From contig OZ251997.1 of NCBI GenBank assembly GCA_965247095.1, forward strand, positions 1,600,001 to 1,664,000: a stretch of DNA of 64,000 nucleotides, in the 5' to 3' direction. A model generated the notes under the pieces. The model saw only the letters and a program-made list of their open reading frames with translations. It did no database searches and was not told the origin of the DNA. Below, piece after piece: positions 48,101 through 57,911 of the stretch (positions within the stretch are counted from its first letter, which is position 1; every line of letters starts with the position of its first letter). Made by a program: the position numbers and the translations under genes. The DNA comes from Candidatus Multivorans sp. GTDB lineage: Bacteria; Acidobacteriota; Thermoanaerobaculia; Multivoradales; Multivoraceae.

Positions 48101-49678
48101 ATGCGACTCATGACCGAGACCCGCAAACCGAGACGATTCCTCGCCTTTCTGAAGTGGACCGGCATCACCGTGGCCGGTCTGGCCGGACTGGCGCTGGTGC
48201 TGAACCTGACCACCGGAATGCACCTCCAGATGACCGGCAACTTCATGCCGCAACTGGACTTCCACGACGAGGACCGGCATTACCGCGCCCTGGAGGCCCA
48301 TCGGGACCGGAGCGCGGAAGTCGCGCCGGCCCCCGATCCCGAGCAACCGGAACCGACCGAGGTCCCCGACGGCGACAACGCTCCGGGGCCCGAGGCCGAA
48401 CGCAGTGACGCCGCCGCGCAAACGAACGAGGGCGCCGCCCCAGCCGCCGTCGTCGCAACAGACCTGCCGGAAGACGCAACCCAACCGGATCCGCCGGTCG
48501 AAGGAGCTCTTCCCGCCGGCTCCTGGCCCTACTACCGGGGCCTCCACATGGACGGCCGCTATCCCGAGCCGATCAACACCGTCTGGCCCAAGGCCGGCCC
48601 ACCCGAGCTGTGGCGGATTCCCGTCGGTGGCGGCTATTCCTCCTTCGTCGTCGGCCACGGACTCGCCTACACGATCGAGCAGCGCCGCGAGCAGGAGGTC
48701 GTCGCGGCCTACGACGTCCTGACCGGCGTCGAACGCTGGTCAGTGAGCTGGGATGCCCGCTTCGAGGAGAGCATGGGCGGCGACGGTCCCCGAGCTACAC
48801 CAGCCCTTCACGGCGGCACGCTGTTCGCGCTCGGCGCCACAGGCGAATTCCGGGCGCTCGACGCGGTCACAGGCAAAGGGATCTGGCGCACGAACATCCT
48901 CGACGACGCGGGCGCCACCAACCTGAACTGGGGCATGGCGGCGTCACCCGTAATCATGGGCGACGCCGTGCTCACCGCACCTGGCGGCCCGGACGGCGCG
49001 GTGATCGCCTACGAGCTCGCCACCGGCGCCATCCGCTGGCGGGCGCTCGACGCCCAGGGCGCCTACACCGCGCCGGCCGTGTTCACCCTGGACGGACTTT
49101 CCCAGATCGTCCTGATCGGCGGCGACCAGGTCATCTCCCTGGCAACCGACGGCAGCCGGACCTACTGGAGCCGGCCCTGGGCGACGATGAACGGGATCAA
49201 CGCCGCGCAGCCGCTGCAGGTCGCGCCGAACCGCGTGTTCGTGTCGTCCGGCTACGGCCACGGCGCCGCGATGCTCGAGGTCGAAGCGGACATCGAGGCA
49301 AACGCCGCCGAAGTCAGTGAGATCTGGTTCAGCAACCAGATGAAGAACAAGTTCTCGAGCTCCGTGCTCCACGAGGGATACATCTACGGCCTCGACGAGG
49401 GCATCCTCGCCTGCATCGACCCGGCTACCGGCGACCGGGTCTGGAAGGGCGGCCGCTACGGCCATGGCCAGATCCTGCTCGCCTCAGGCCACCTGGTCAT
49501 CACCACCGAACGCGGCCACCTCGTTCTGGTGCGCGCCACCCCCGAGGGTCACCAGGAGGTCGCCGCCCTGCCGGCCGTGGCGGGCCGCACCTGGAACAAC
49601 CCCGCGATCGCCGAGGGCATCCTGCTGGTCCGCAACGACCGCGAAGCGGTGGCGTTCGACCTGCGGCCGCAGACCTGA
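48101..49678 (+). CDS. PQQ-binding-like (BamB-like) beta-propeller protein
   Basis: N-terminal TM and Pro/Glu linker, 'GPRATP', 'LDAVTGKGIW' and 'CIDPATGDRVWKGGRYGHGQ'. Confidence 0.88.
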   Translation: MRLMTETRKPRRFLAFLKWTGITVAGLAGLALVLNLTTGMHLQMTGNFMPQLDFHDEDRHYRALEAHRDRSAEVAPAPDPEQPEPTEVPDGDNAPGPEAERSDAAAQTNEGAAPAAVVATDLPEDATQPDPPVEGALPAGSWPYYRGLHMDGRYPEPINTVWPKAGPPELWRIPVGGGYSSFVVGHGLAYTIEQRREQEVVAAYDVLTGVERWSVSWDARFEESMGGDGPRATPALHGGTLFALGATGEFRALDAVTGKGIWRTNILDDAGATNLNWGMAASPVIMGDAVLTAPGGPDGAVIAYELATGAIRWRALDAQGAYTAPAVFTLDGLSQIVLIGGDQVISLATDGSRTYWSRPWATMNGINAAQPLQVAPNRVFVSSGYGHGAAMLEVEADIEANAAEVSEIWFSNQMKNKFSSSVLHEGYIYGLDEGILACIDPATGDRVWKGGRYGHGQILLASGHLVITTERGHLVLVRATPEGHQEVAALPAVAGRTWNNPAIAEGILLVRNDREAVAFDLRPQT

Positions 49679-49751
49679 GACCGATCGCGGCGCCCGCCGG
49701 CGGAGGGCCGCCGTTTGGCCCGCTGGCTCGTCGCGGTTAGCCCCGCCAACT

Positions 49752-49820
49752 CTCGGCCGTTTGCCCCGCTAGAACTTGGCCGTTTATCCCGCTAGAACTT
49801 GGCCGTTTGTCCCGCTGAAC
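49752..49820. repeat. Three tandem 23-bp direct repeats
   Basis: CTCGGCCGTTTGCCCCGCTAGAA / CTTGGCCGTTTATCCCGCTAGAA / CTTGGCCGTTTGTCCCGCTGAA. Confidence 0.9.
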
Positions 49821-49836
49821 TCCGTTCGCCATCCCG

Positions 49837-50313
49837 ATGAGGCCGGCCTGGTCGCCCCACCTACGCTCGCGGGCAGTGCTGCGCGAAGCTCCAAAGAGAC
49901 ACTTCGTCGATCCTTCCCTGGCCGTGGCCGCTCTGCAAGCCACACCGACCCGCCTGCTGGATGATCTGCCCTTCCTCGGCCTGCTCTTCGAGTCGCTCGT
50001 CATCCGCGACCTCCGCATCTACGCCCAGGCCAACGACGCCGAGGTCTTCCACTATCGAGAAAAGAACGGCCTGGAAGTCGACGCGATCGTGCAGGCCGCC
50101 GACGGGCGCTGGGCGGCGTTCGAGATCAAGTTGGGCCACCGCTGGTTCGATGAAGGCGCCAAGAACCTCCGCCGCCTCGCCCAGCGCGAACCGCGCGCAG
50201 CGAGGGACACGCAAAGCAAGCCGTCCGCTCTGGCCGTGATCGTGCCGAACGGCTACGGCGCCGTCCGAAACGACAATGTCGGCGTCATCCCCATCGGAGC
50301 GCTTGGGCCGTAG
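49837..50313 (+). pseudogene. C-terminal fragment of an AAA_14/DUF4143 ATP-binding protein
   Basis: 'PAWSPHLRSR..LR.APKRHFVDPSL', 'GLLFESLVIRDL' and 'LEVDAIV...AFEIKLG'; the ATPase domain is missing. Confidence 0.85.
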
Positions 50314-50551
50314 GTTCCTGCCTCCCCTTTGGTGTAGTGGCTCAGACAGATACGAGACGGAAGGGCTTGCAATGAGTTAGGGGGATCGCCAGGCCGTCGG
50401 CCGTCTCGGGACGCCCCTGAAACAACCCGGCCACCGCCCAAGGCATCCTCCTGGACCGCAACGACAGCGAAGCTGTCGCCAACGATCTGCGACCGCAGAC
50501 GTAGCATCTGAGGACGCTCTCGAGCCGCCAAGGCGGTTCAGGAACGCGCCG

Positions 50552-51391
50552 TTACGACCGCGGCCCAGACAGTCGCTGGAGCGTCGCCTGGCCGCCATTC
50601 GTGAAGCGCAACTCGATCACGTCCGGGTCAGCCAACTCACCCTGCGCGATGAGACCTCCCTTCTCCAACCATTGCTCCCAGATCTGTATCCGCCCGCCCT
50701 CAATCTCGAAATGATGGTCCTTCAAGGCGCCGTCTTCATCCATGAAGGCCACCCAGAAGGCGCGGTTCCGTTCGAAGAAGACCTTGCTGACGCCTTCCGT
50801 CTGTTCACCGATCACTTCCCAGGTGCCGTCGATCTCGGTCGGGGCCCGATTGTTGAAGTTGGCGACCCAGTACGTAAACGAGAAGGCCAGGACGCCCGCC
50901 ACAAGGACGCCGCATACCGTGGCCACCCGCGCCGCTCGCGTCGATTCGTGGTCTACAAACACAACGGCCAGCAACTGCCGGACATGGGGTCGGACCAGAT
51001 AGAGAAGTCCGCAGATCAGGATGATCGCCATCACCGTTGCACCGAGGTCCACGGCGAAGGCGATGTCGATCAGCACGACATTCACCATTGCCGGCAGCAG
51101 TACCAACGCCCCCGCGAGCGCGGTGCGCCGAAACGCGAGCAGCACGCCGCCGAGGATCTCGATCAGCGCGATGAAGCCCTTGTACAGGCCGGAGTAGCCA
51201 AAGAAGTACCACACGAGCCAGAAGGAGGAGACGTCCTCAAGCGGCGTCGCAAGCCGGGAGTCGAGAACGGTGAACTGCGAGGCGTTCACCTTCGCGAACC
51301 CGTAGATCATGAACTGCGCGACGCAGAACCAACGCACCACTCCTCGCAGGATGGTTTCCCGCTCTTCGCCGGCTGGCTGCACGGTTGTCAT
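50552..51391 (-). CDS. DoxX-like membrane protein
   Basis: 'YGFAKV...QF', 'WYFFGYS.LY' and 'EILGGVLL.FRRT..GA'; several TM helices. Confidence 0.7.
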   Translation of the reverse strand: MTTVQPAGEERETILRGVVRWFCVAQFMIYGFAKVNASQFTVLDSRLATPLEDVSSFWLVWYFFGYSGLYKGFIALIEILGGVLLAFRRTALAGALVLLPAMVNVVLIDIAFAVDLGATVMAIILICGLLYLVRPHVRQLLAVVFVDHESTRAARVATVCGVLVAGVLAFSFTYWVANFNNRAPTEIDGTWEVIGEQTEGVSKVFFERNRAFWVAFMDEDGALKDHHFEIEGGRIQIWEQWLEKGGLIAQGELADPDVIELRFTNGGQATLQRLSGPRS

Positions 51392-51571
51392 CACATGACC
51401 CTCATTGTTCGGACAAGAAAGCCCGCTATCTTCGTCACGACACGGGGACACACTCAGGCTACTACGGCCACCAACCGGGCCCGACCGAGCGTTCCGCCAT
51501 GCGCACGCTCTCCAGCCTGGGCAGAGGCCAGGCGGGTGTCACCGCCGCCATCCGACGCCCCGCCGGCGCCC

Positions 51572-52060
51572 CTACCCCGGGATTTCGACGACCAGGTACT
51601 CGCCCTCGCGGGTGACCGGGTAGGTCTCGGCCGTGTACGGGCCCTTGACCATGCCGGGGGCCGGAGCTTCGGGGTCCTCGATCGCAGTCGTCGCGGTCGT
51701 CGCGGCCTCGGTCGCTTCGGCGAGTTCCTCGCCGGCGACGGTCTCGACCTCGTAGCGGCGCACGCGCAGCCGCTCGGGCGCGCACCAGGACTGGCCGGTG
51801 CGGACGTGGAACTCCCAGCCGTGCCAGGGACAGGAGAGGATTTCGCGGCTCGGGCGGTACTCGAAGGCGCCGGGACGCTCGGAACGGAGCACGCCCCAGA
51901 GCTTGCCCTCGCACAGCTTGCCGCCCTGGTGCGGGCAGCGGTTGCGCAGCGCGAAGAACTCACCGTCCAGGTTGAAGACGCCGATCGAGCGGCCGGCGAC
52001 GGTCACGATCTTGCGGTCGCCGGATTCGATCTCGGACGCCTCGGCGACGACGTACTTCAT
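51572..52060 (-). CDS. Rieske [2Fe-2S] ferredoxin
   Basis: CPHQG and CPWHGWEF motifs. Confidence 0.93.
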   Translation of the reverse strand: MKYVVAEASEIESGDRKIVTVAGRSIGVFNLDGEFFALRNRCPHQGGKLCEGKLWGVLRSERPGAFEYRPSREILSCPWHGWEFHVRTGQSWCAPERLRVRRYEVETVAGEELAEATEAATTATTAIEDPEAPAPGMVKGPYTAETYPVTREGEYLVVEIPG

Positions 52061-52100
52061 GCGCGGATGGCCTACGCCGAGATCGAGTCCGGCAGAGGCC

Positions 52101-53210
52101 CTAGAGCCCGTAGAGAGCGCGAGCGTTCTCGCGCTGGATGCCGCGGACGAGCTGCTCGTCGAGCCCGGAGGGCAGGACGACGTCGGGATTGTCACCGTCC
52201 CAGTGCGGGTAGTCGCTCGCAATGAGGATGTGGCTTGCCAGGTCGCCGAAGTGCTCGATCAGGGCCAGGAAGTCCCGGCGCCGTGGCGGCTCCTCGATCG
52301 GCTGGGTGGTGACGTAGACATGCTCGGCAATCACCTCGGACGGCAGGCGCTCGAGGTGCGGCGCTTCGGCGCGCAGCAGGCTCCAGGCGGAATCCAGACG
52401 CCAGATCAGGGGCGGCAGCCAGCCGAAGCCGTTCTCGACCGAGATCATCCGCAGGCTCGGGAAGCGATCGAAGACGCCTTCGACCACCATACTGGTGATG
52501 TTCGCCTGCACCGCCTGGGGCGGGCTCGTGTGGTCCTCGATGTAGTACGAGGCGTGCCCGGCCCCGGTGATCGGGTGACCGTAGGCGCCGAAGGCATGCG
52601 AGGCGACGTGCATACCGGTCTCGGCGCAGGCCTCGTAGATCGGCCAGTACTTGCGGCGGCCCATCGGCTCCTGCATCCGGCCCAGGAACAGCACCTGGAC
52701 GAAGCGCCCGTCGGCGCCGCAGCGCCGGATCTCGGCGGCCGCGGCGACCGGGTCCTGAGGCGTCACGACCGCGGACGCGCGCAACCGCGGCTCCGGGTCG
52801 AGCCACTCGGCGATCTGCCAGTCGTTGGCGGCGGTAGCCAGCGCCGCGCCCAGTTCCAGGTCGAGCGCCGAGGTGACCGGGGTCAGCGGGTTCAGGATGG
52901 CGTATTCCACGTTGTACGGGTCGAGAAAGTCCTCCCGCGCGAAGCCGACTTCCGAACCGGGGGTACGGCCTGACGGCGGCCGCGCCGCCTCGCGATGGTC
53001 CATGAAGCGCGGGTAGTAGCCGCTGTTCGGGTGGCGCACACCGAAGGTCTCGAGGTGGTCGCGCCAGCGCGTCGACAGGTACGGGTACAGATCCTTGATC
53101 GAGTCGAGCTCGTTGTGGAAGTCGCAGTCGATGATCGGCGGCCGCTTCGGCGCCAGCGCGGTAGGAAGCGCCGAGGTTTGGGTGGATGGCTCGATCAGGG
53201 TTACGGTCAT
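52101..53210 (-). CDS. Amidohydro_2 family protein, AibH2/PtmU3-like (putative catalytic oxygenase subunit)
   Basis: DCDFH, 'NDWQIAEWL', ASH, 'YIEDH', 'ENG', 'TQP' and SDYPHWD; adjacent to the Rieske gene. Confidence 0.85.
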   Translation of the reverse strand: MTVTLIEPSTQTSALPTALAPKRPPIIDCDFHNELDSIKDLYPYLSTRWRDHLETFGVRHPNSGYYPRFMDHREAARPPSGRTPGSEVGFAREDFLDPYNVEYAILNPLTPVTSALDLELGAALATAANDWQIAEWLDPEPRLRASAVVTPQDPVAAAAEIRRCGADGRFVQVLFLGRMQEPMGRRKYWPIYEACAETGMHVASHAFGAYGHPITGAGHASYYIEDHTSPPQAVQANITSMVVEGVFDRFPSLRMISVENGFGWLPPLIWRLDSAWSLLRAEAPHLERLPSEVIAEHVYVTTQPIEEPPRRRDFLALIEHFGDLASHILIASDYPHWDGDNPDVVLPSGLDEQLVRGIQRENARALYGL

Positions 53211-53212
53211 GG

Positions 53213-54229
53213 TTACCCTCCTTCGGACAAGCCGTAGAAGCTGCGGGCGTTCTCGAACCTGATCTTACGCCCCAGCGCTTCCGGCACCAGCCGCAGCAGG
53301 AGATCGCCGGCGTCGCAGGCGTGGACGTGGGGATAGTCGCTCGCGTAGAGCAGCAGGTCCTCCGACCCGAGCTGGTCGACGACTTCGCACAGGTGTGCGG
53401 GGTCCGGCGGCGCGTCGAGCGGCTGGATGCCGACCCGGACGTGCTCGCGGAAGTAGTCGGAAGGCGGACGGCGCACCCAGGGCACCAGCCGCCTCAGGTT
53501 TCGCCACTCCTTGTCCATGCGCCAGAGGTGGGCCGGGATCCAGGTGAAACCGGATTCCAGGAAGACGACCCGCAGATTCGGACAGGCGTCGAACACCCCC
53601 TCGACGATCATGCTCGTGAGTTGGGTCGCGAACACCTGCGCCATCGCCGTGTACTCCTCCAGGAAGAACGATGGCCAGCCGGTCGGTGTCGGCGGCATGA
53701 CGGGCGCGCCGCCGAAGTGGATCGCCGCCACCAGACCGCTCTCCTCGATCGTCTTCCAGAGCGGGTGATAGTGGCGGCTTCCCAGCGGGTGCTCGGTCCG
53801 GACCGGGATCAGGACCTGGACGAAGCCCGGCCTGCCGGCGCAGCGCTCGATCTCCTCGGCCGCCGCGCTCGGCAGTTGGATCGGCGCCACGACCGAACCG
53901 CGGAGCCGCGGTTCCTGCTCCAGCCACTCCCCCGCCTGCCAGTCGTTCGTGGCGCTCGCAAGGACGCAAGCCACGTCCGGGTTGTGGATGCTGTCGACCG
54001 CGTACAGACAGCTTGAGATCGCCGTTTCGGCCCCGCCCTGCTCGAACACCGCCTCGCGGAGTTCCGCCAGGCCGCCGCGGCGGCCGGCTACGGGCGACCT
54101 CGGCGGGTAGTACTCCTGGGAGGCGCCCTTGTCCACTGTGTTGTTGAAGTGCTCGACCCAGTGGCCGGGCAGCAGGGGCAACAGGTCCTTCAGGCGCGGA
54201 TTGGGGATGTGAACGTCGGCGTCGATCAT
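53213..54229 (-). CDS. Amidohydro_2 family protein, AibH1-like partner subunit
   Basis: DADVH, 'NDWQAGEWL', 'IHFGG', 'LEEY' and SDYPHVH; tandem paralog of 52101..53210. Confidence 0.82.
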   Translation of the reverse strand: MIDADVHIPNPRLKDLLPLLPGHWVEHFNNTVDKGASQEYYPPRSPVAGRRGGLAELREAVFEQGGAETAISSCLYAVDSIHNPDVACVLASATNDWQAGEWLEQEPRLRGSVVAPIQLPSAAAEEIERCAGRPGFVQVLIPVRTEHPLGSRHYHPLWKTIEESGLVAAIHFGGAPVMPPTPTGWPSFFLEEYTAMAQVFATQLTSMIVEGVFDACPNLRVVFLESGFTWIPAHLWRMDKEWRNLRRLVPWVRRPPSDYFREHVRVGIQPLDAPPDPAHLCEVVDQLGSEDLLLYASDYPHVHACDAGDLLLRLVPEALGRKIRFENARSFYGLSEGG

Positions 54230-54231
54230 GG

Positions 54232-54606
54232 CTAGGGCGTTCCCATCTCGAAGTAGTAGTGCCAGTGGCTTGAACACCCGGGATTGAACGCCGCGCCGCA
54301 ACCAGGGCAGGTCGAATCGCAGCCCATGTACTCGGCAATCGTAAGCCGCAGGCCGCAGATTCCGCACAGCACCGCCTCCCGGTCGCGCTCAGTTAGCGGC
54401 CAGACCGTCACGTGGTGGTCGGCCACCTCTCGGTGGCAGTCGATGCACGGAAACCACTCGCCGCAGCACGCAAAGCGCATGGCGATCACGTCCGCCGGGC
54501 CGTGGTAGTGGGCGCAACGGGTCTGAGTGTCCACACCCACTCCACGCACCACGGGTCGGGGTTCCGAGCCCGGCGAGCCGGCACGCTCCGAAAACAGGTC
54601 GACCAT
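54232..54606 (-). CDS. CHY zinc-finger protein
   Basis: 'TRCAHYH...F.CC.EWFPCIDCH...VLCGIC...CPGC...FNPGCSSH..YYF'. Confidence 0.9.
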   Translation of the reverse strand: MVDLFSERAGSPGSEPRPVVRGVGVDTQTRCAHYHGPADVIAMRFACCGEWFPCIDCHREVADHHVTVWPLTERDREAVLCGICGLRLTIAEYMGCDSTCPGCGAAFNPGCSSHWHYYFEMGTP

Positions 54607-54748
54607 CACGGCAACGCCAGCGCGACCAGTTTGGGTGTCGTCTTCTGAGCTGCCAGCGCCGTAGCTCCCAGGCTCGCGTGTCGTCCGATCTGCATGCCAT
54701 CCTCCGTCACCGCGGTCCCGGAGCCTATCGCCCAGCCTGCCCTCGTCG

Positions 54749-54875
54749 GATGCGGGCGCCCGCGTGCCATCCGCGCGCCCGCTGCGGGCGAGACGCCCGC
54801 GTGCCATCCGCGCGCCCGATGACGGGCGCACGGAGTGGTTCGCGGGTGGCGCGCCCCGCGCCACCCGGGTTCCCA
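54749..54875 (-). repeat. Composite REP-like element with an internal tandem duplication
   Basis: Minus strand carries hairpins 1-2-3 followed by a second CGGGCGCGCGGATGGCACGCGGGCG. Confidence 0.88.
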
Positions 54876-54951
54876 AGGCCTCGACTCGCCCGTTGTCCGT
54901 TCCAAACCGGGTTATCGTATGCGCCCGCAACGAGCAGCCAGGAGGCCACCC

Positions 54952-56193
54952 ATGCCAGCACTCGACGGCCTGCGAATCCTCGATTTGACGCAGTACGAAG
55001 CCGGAACCTCATGCACCCAGGCCCTGGCCTGGCTGGGCGCAGACGTGGTCAAGGTGGAGCGGCCCGGGACCGGCGATCCCGGACGCGGCCTCGCGGGCGG
55101 GCGGAGCACTGACGACTCCGAGTACTTCATCGCCTGGAACAGCAACAAGCGCAGCATCGCGATCAACCTCGGCACCGAAGAAGGCCGCGACCTGCTGCTG
55201 AAGCTCGCGCCCCGCTTCGACATCCTGGTCGAGAACTTCGGCCCCGGCGTGGTCGAGAAGCTGCGACTCGACTACGACTCGATCCGCGAGGTTCACCCCG
55301 AGGTCATCTACGGCCGGATCAAGGGTTTCGGCAACAGCGGGCCCTACAGCGACTTCAAGTGTTTCGACCCGGTGGCGCAGGCCGCAGGCGGCGCGATGTC
55401 GATCACCGGCAATGTCGACGGGCCGCCGCTCCGTCCCGGCACGACGATCGGGGACTGCGGGACCGGTGTGCAGATGGCCTTGGCGCTGTGCGCCGCATAC
55501 GCCCACAAGCTGCGCACCGGCAGGGGTCAACTGGTCGAAATCTCCATGCAGGAGGGGGTGACCTGGTTCATGCGCACCGCGATCGCGATGGGCGGCAGCT
55601 TCGGCAGTCAGGCTGCAGCGCGCAGCGGCACCGGTCGCGGAGCGATGATGAACATCTACGCCTGCAAACCGTTCGGCCCGAATGACTACGTCTACATGTG
55701 CGTGGTCACGAACCGGATGTGGAAGGCGCTCTGCGCAGCCATCGGCCGCGAGGAACTCGCCGACGATCCCCGCTACAACACTCCGAAGCTCCGCTTAGAG
55801 AACAGCGACGAGCTGACGGAAATCATCGCCGAGTGGACCGGCCACCGCACGAAGCACGAGGCGATGGCCATCCTCGGCCAGGCCGGCGTGCCGGCGAGCG
55901 CCGTTCTCGACACGCTCGACCTGTTCGCCGACCCGCACCTTGTCGAACGTGGATTCGTCCGCACGATCGACCATGAATCCAGGGGTCCGGTCCAGGTCCT
56001 GGGCTCACCGATGAACCTCAGCGACAGCCAGGTCGAGATCGAGGCGGCGCCGCTCCTGGGCCGCCACACCGACAGCGTCCTGGCCAATGAACTCAACCTC
56101 TCGCAAACTGAAATCGACCGGCTGCGCGCGGACGGTGTGCTAGGTGCGGCGCCCACGCCCGAAGCTGCAGGCGGCCAGGAGACCACGACATGA
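54952..56193 (+). CDS. Class III CoA-transferase (formyl-CoA transferase-like)
   Basis: 'LDLTQYEAGTSCTQALAWLGADVVKVE', 'NSNKRS', 'ENFGPG' and catalytic-region 'IGDCGTG'; AGGAGG RBS. Confidence 0.92.
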   Translation: MPALDGLRILDLTQYEAGTSCTQALAWLGADVVKVERPGTGDPGRGLAGGRSTDDSEYFIAWNSNKRSIAINLGTEEGRDLLLKLAPRFDILVENFGPGVVEKLRLDYDSIREVHPEVIYGRIKGFGNSGPYSDFKCFDPVAQAAGGAMSITGNVDGPPLRPGTTIGDCGTGVQMALALCAAYAHKLRTGRGQLVEISMQEGVTWFMRTAIAMGGSFGSQAAARSGTGRGAMMNIYACKPFGPNDYVYMCVVTNRMWKALCAAIGREELADDPRYNTPKLRLENSDELTEIIAEWTGHRTKHEAMAILGQAGVPASAVLDTLDLFADPHLVERGFVRTIDHESRGPVQVLGSPMNLSDSQVEIEAAPLLGRHTDSVLANELNLSQTEIDRLRADGVLGAAPTPEAAGGQETTT

Positions 56194-57845
56194 CGACCCT
56201 GACCGGAGACACCCTGATCGCCCGCAGCTTGAAGCAGCAGGGCGTCGACTACATGTTCGGCATCGTCGGCTTCCCCGTCTACGGGATTGCCCACGCCGCA
56301 CAGCAGGCCGGCATCCAGTACTTCGGTTTTCGCAACGAGCAGGCGGCCAGCTATGCCGCCGGCGCGGTCGGCTATCTGACCGGGCGTCCGGGGGCGTGCC
56401 TCGCCGTGTCGGGTCCCGGCATGGTGCACGGCATTGCCGGCTTGGCCAACGCGGAGAAGAACTGCTGGCCGATGCTGCTGCTCGGCGGCGCCAACGACCG
56501 ATACCAGAACGGCCAGGGCGCCTTCCAGGAGTGCCCCCAGGTCGAGGCCGCGCGTCCGTTCACGAAGTACTCGGCCGAGATCGACGCCCCTCACCGGGCC
56601 CCTTTCTACGTCGAGCAGGCGGTGCGCACGTCGATCTACGGCCGTCCCGGCGCTTCCTACCTGAACCTGACGAACGACGTGTTGACCGCCCAGGTCGACG
56701 AAAAGGACGCGGAGTTCCCGCCCCGCTGCCCCGATCCACCGATCTCTCTCGCCGACCCGCGGGACGTCGAGCGCGCCGTGGGGGTTCTGCGCGAAGCGAA
56801 GAACCCGCTGGTCATCGTCGGCAAGGGTGCGGCCTACGCCCGCGCCGAGACCGAAGTGCGCCGCTTCGTTGCGCGCACCAACCTACCCGTGCTGCCGACG
56901 CCGATGGGCAAGGGCGTGGTCTCCGACGACGATCCGCACCTGGTCGCTCCGGCACGCTCCTTCGCGCTCCAGAACGCCGACGTGATCCTGCTGATCGGCG
57001 CCCGTCTGAACTGGATCCTCCACTTCGGCCAGCCGCCGCGCTTCAAGAAGGGCGTGCGGGTGCTCCAGATCGATCTTGCCGCCGAGGAGATCGGCGCCAA
57101 CGTCCCCACCGAGGTCGGCATGGTCGGCGACGCGCGGGCGGTCACGGCGCAGTTGAACGAGGCGCTCGACGCCGACCCCTTCGCGCTGCCCGCCGACAGC
57201 GAATGGCTGGCGAAGCTGCGCGAGAACGCGACGCAGAACCAGGCCGCGGTCCAGGCGATGCTCGAGGACGACAGCGAGCCGATGGGCTACTACCGCGCCC
57301 TGCGCGAGATTGCCGACCGCCTGGCGCCGCAGGACATGCTCATCGCCGAAGGCGCGAACACGATGGACATCTCCCGCACCGTGCTGCCGAACATGGAACC
57401 GCGCAAGCGACTCGACGCCGGCACATTCGGCACCATGGGCGTCGGCCTGGGGCTGGCGATCGCGGCCGCCGTGGTCCATCCCAACCGGCGGACGATCTGC
57501 GTCCAGGGCGATTCGGCGTTCGGCTTCTCCGGCATGGAGGTCGAAGTGGCCTGCCGGTACAACCTCCCCATCACTTTCGTTGTGATCAACAACAACGGCA
57601 TCGGCGGCGGCGTCAGCGAGTACATTCCCGGCAAGCCGCTGCCGACCTCCACCTACACCTTGCGTGCCCGCTACGAGCGCGTGATCGAGGCCTTCGGCGG
57701 CACGGGCTACCTGGTCGAGAAGGTGGCCGACCTCGGGCCGACGCTTGATGCGGCCCTCGCTTCCGACCGGCCGGCTCTGGTCAACGTGCTGATCGACCCG
57801 AAGGCGCAGCGGAAGCCGCAGAAGTTCTCCTGGCTCACCCGCTGA
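56190..57845 (+). CDS. ThDP-dependent 2-hydroxyacyl-CoA lyase / oxalyl-CoA decarboxylase family enzyme
   Basis: 'FRNEQAASYAA', 'GAFQE', 'EGANTMDI.R', 'RLDAGTFGTMGVG' and GDSAFGFS...NNNG; HACL-like C-terminus RKPQKFSWLTR. Confidence 0.92.
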   Translation: MTTLTGDTLIARSLKQQGVDYMFGIVGFPVYGIAHAAQQAGIQYFGFRNEQAASYAAGAVGYLTGRPGACLAVSGPGMVHGIAGLANAEKNCWPMLLLGGANDRYQNGQGAFQECPQVEAARPFTKYSAEIDAPHRAPFYVEQAVRTSIYGRPGASYLNLTNDVLTAQVDEKDAEFPPRCPDPPISLADPRDVERAVGVLREAKNPLVIVGKGAAYARAETEVRRFVARTNLPVLPTPMGKGVVSDDDPHLVAPARSFALQNADVILLIGARLNWILHFGQPPRFKKGVRVLQIDLAAEEIGANVPTEVGMVGDARAVTAQLNEALDADPFALPADSEWLAKLRENATQNQAAVQAMLEDDSEPMGYYRALREIADRLAPQDMLIAEGANTMDISRTVLPNMEPRKRLDAGTFGTMGVGLGLAIAAAVVHPNRRTICVQGDSAFGFSGMEVEVACRYNLPITFVVINNNGIGGGVSEYIPGKPLPTSTYTLRARYERVIEAFGGTGYLVEKVADLGPTLDAALASDRPALVNVLIDPKAQRKPQKFSWLTR

Positions 57846-57911
57846 CGGGTAGGGCAGCGAAGCGGCGGTTCAAAGCACCCGAAGCAAGAGAAAAGCAGGA
57901 GACCTGGTCCC

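Noticed and set aside
46829-48658. 609-aa acyl-CoA dehydrogenase with a long N-terminus
   Set aside because: The extension is antisense to the beta-propeller gene and crosses a repeat; family similarity starts near 47986.
49752-49820. Possible mini CRISPR array
   Set aside because: The repeats are directly adjacent with no unique spacers, and no cas genes are present.
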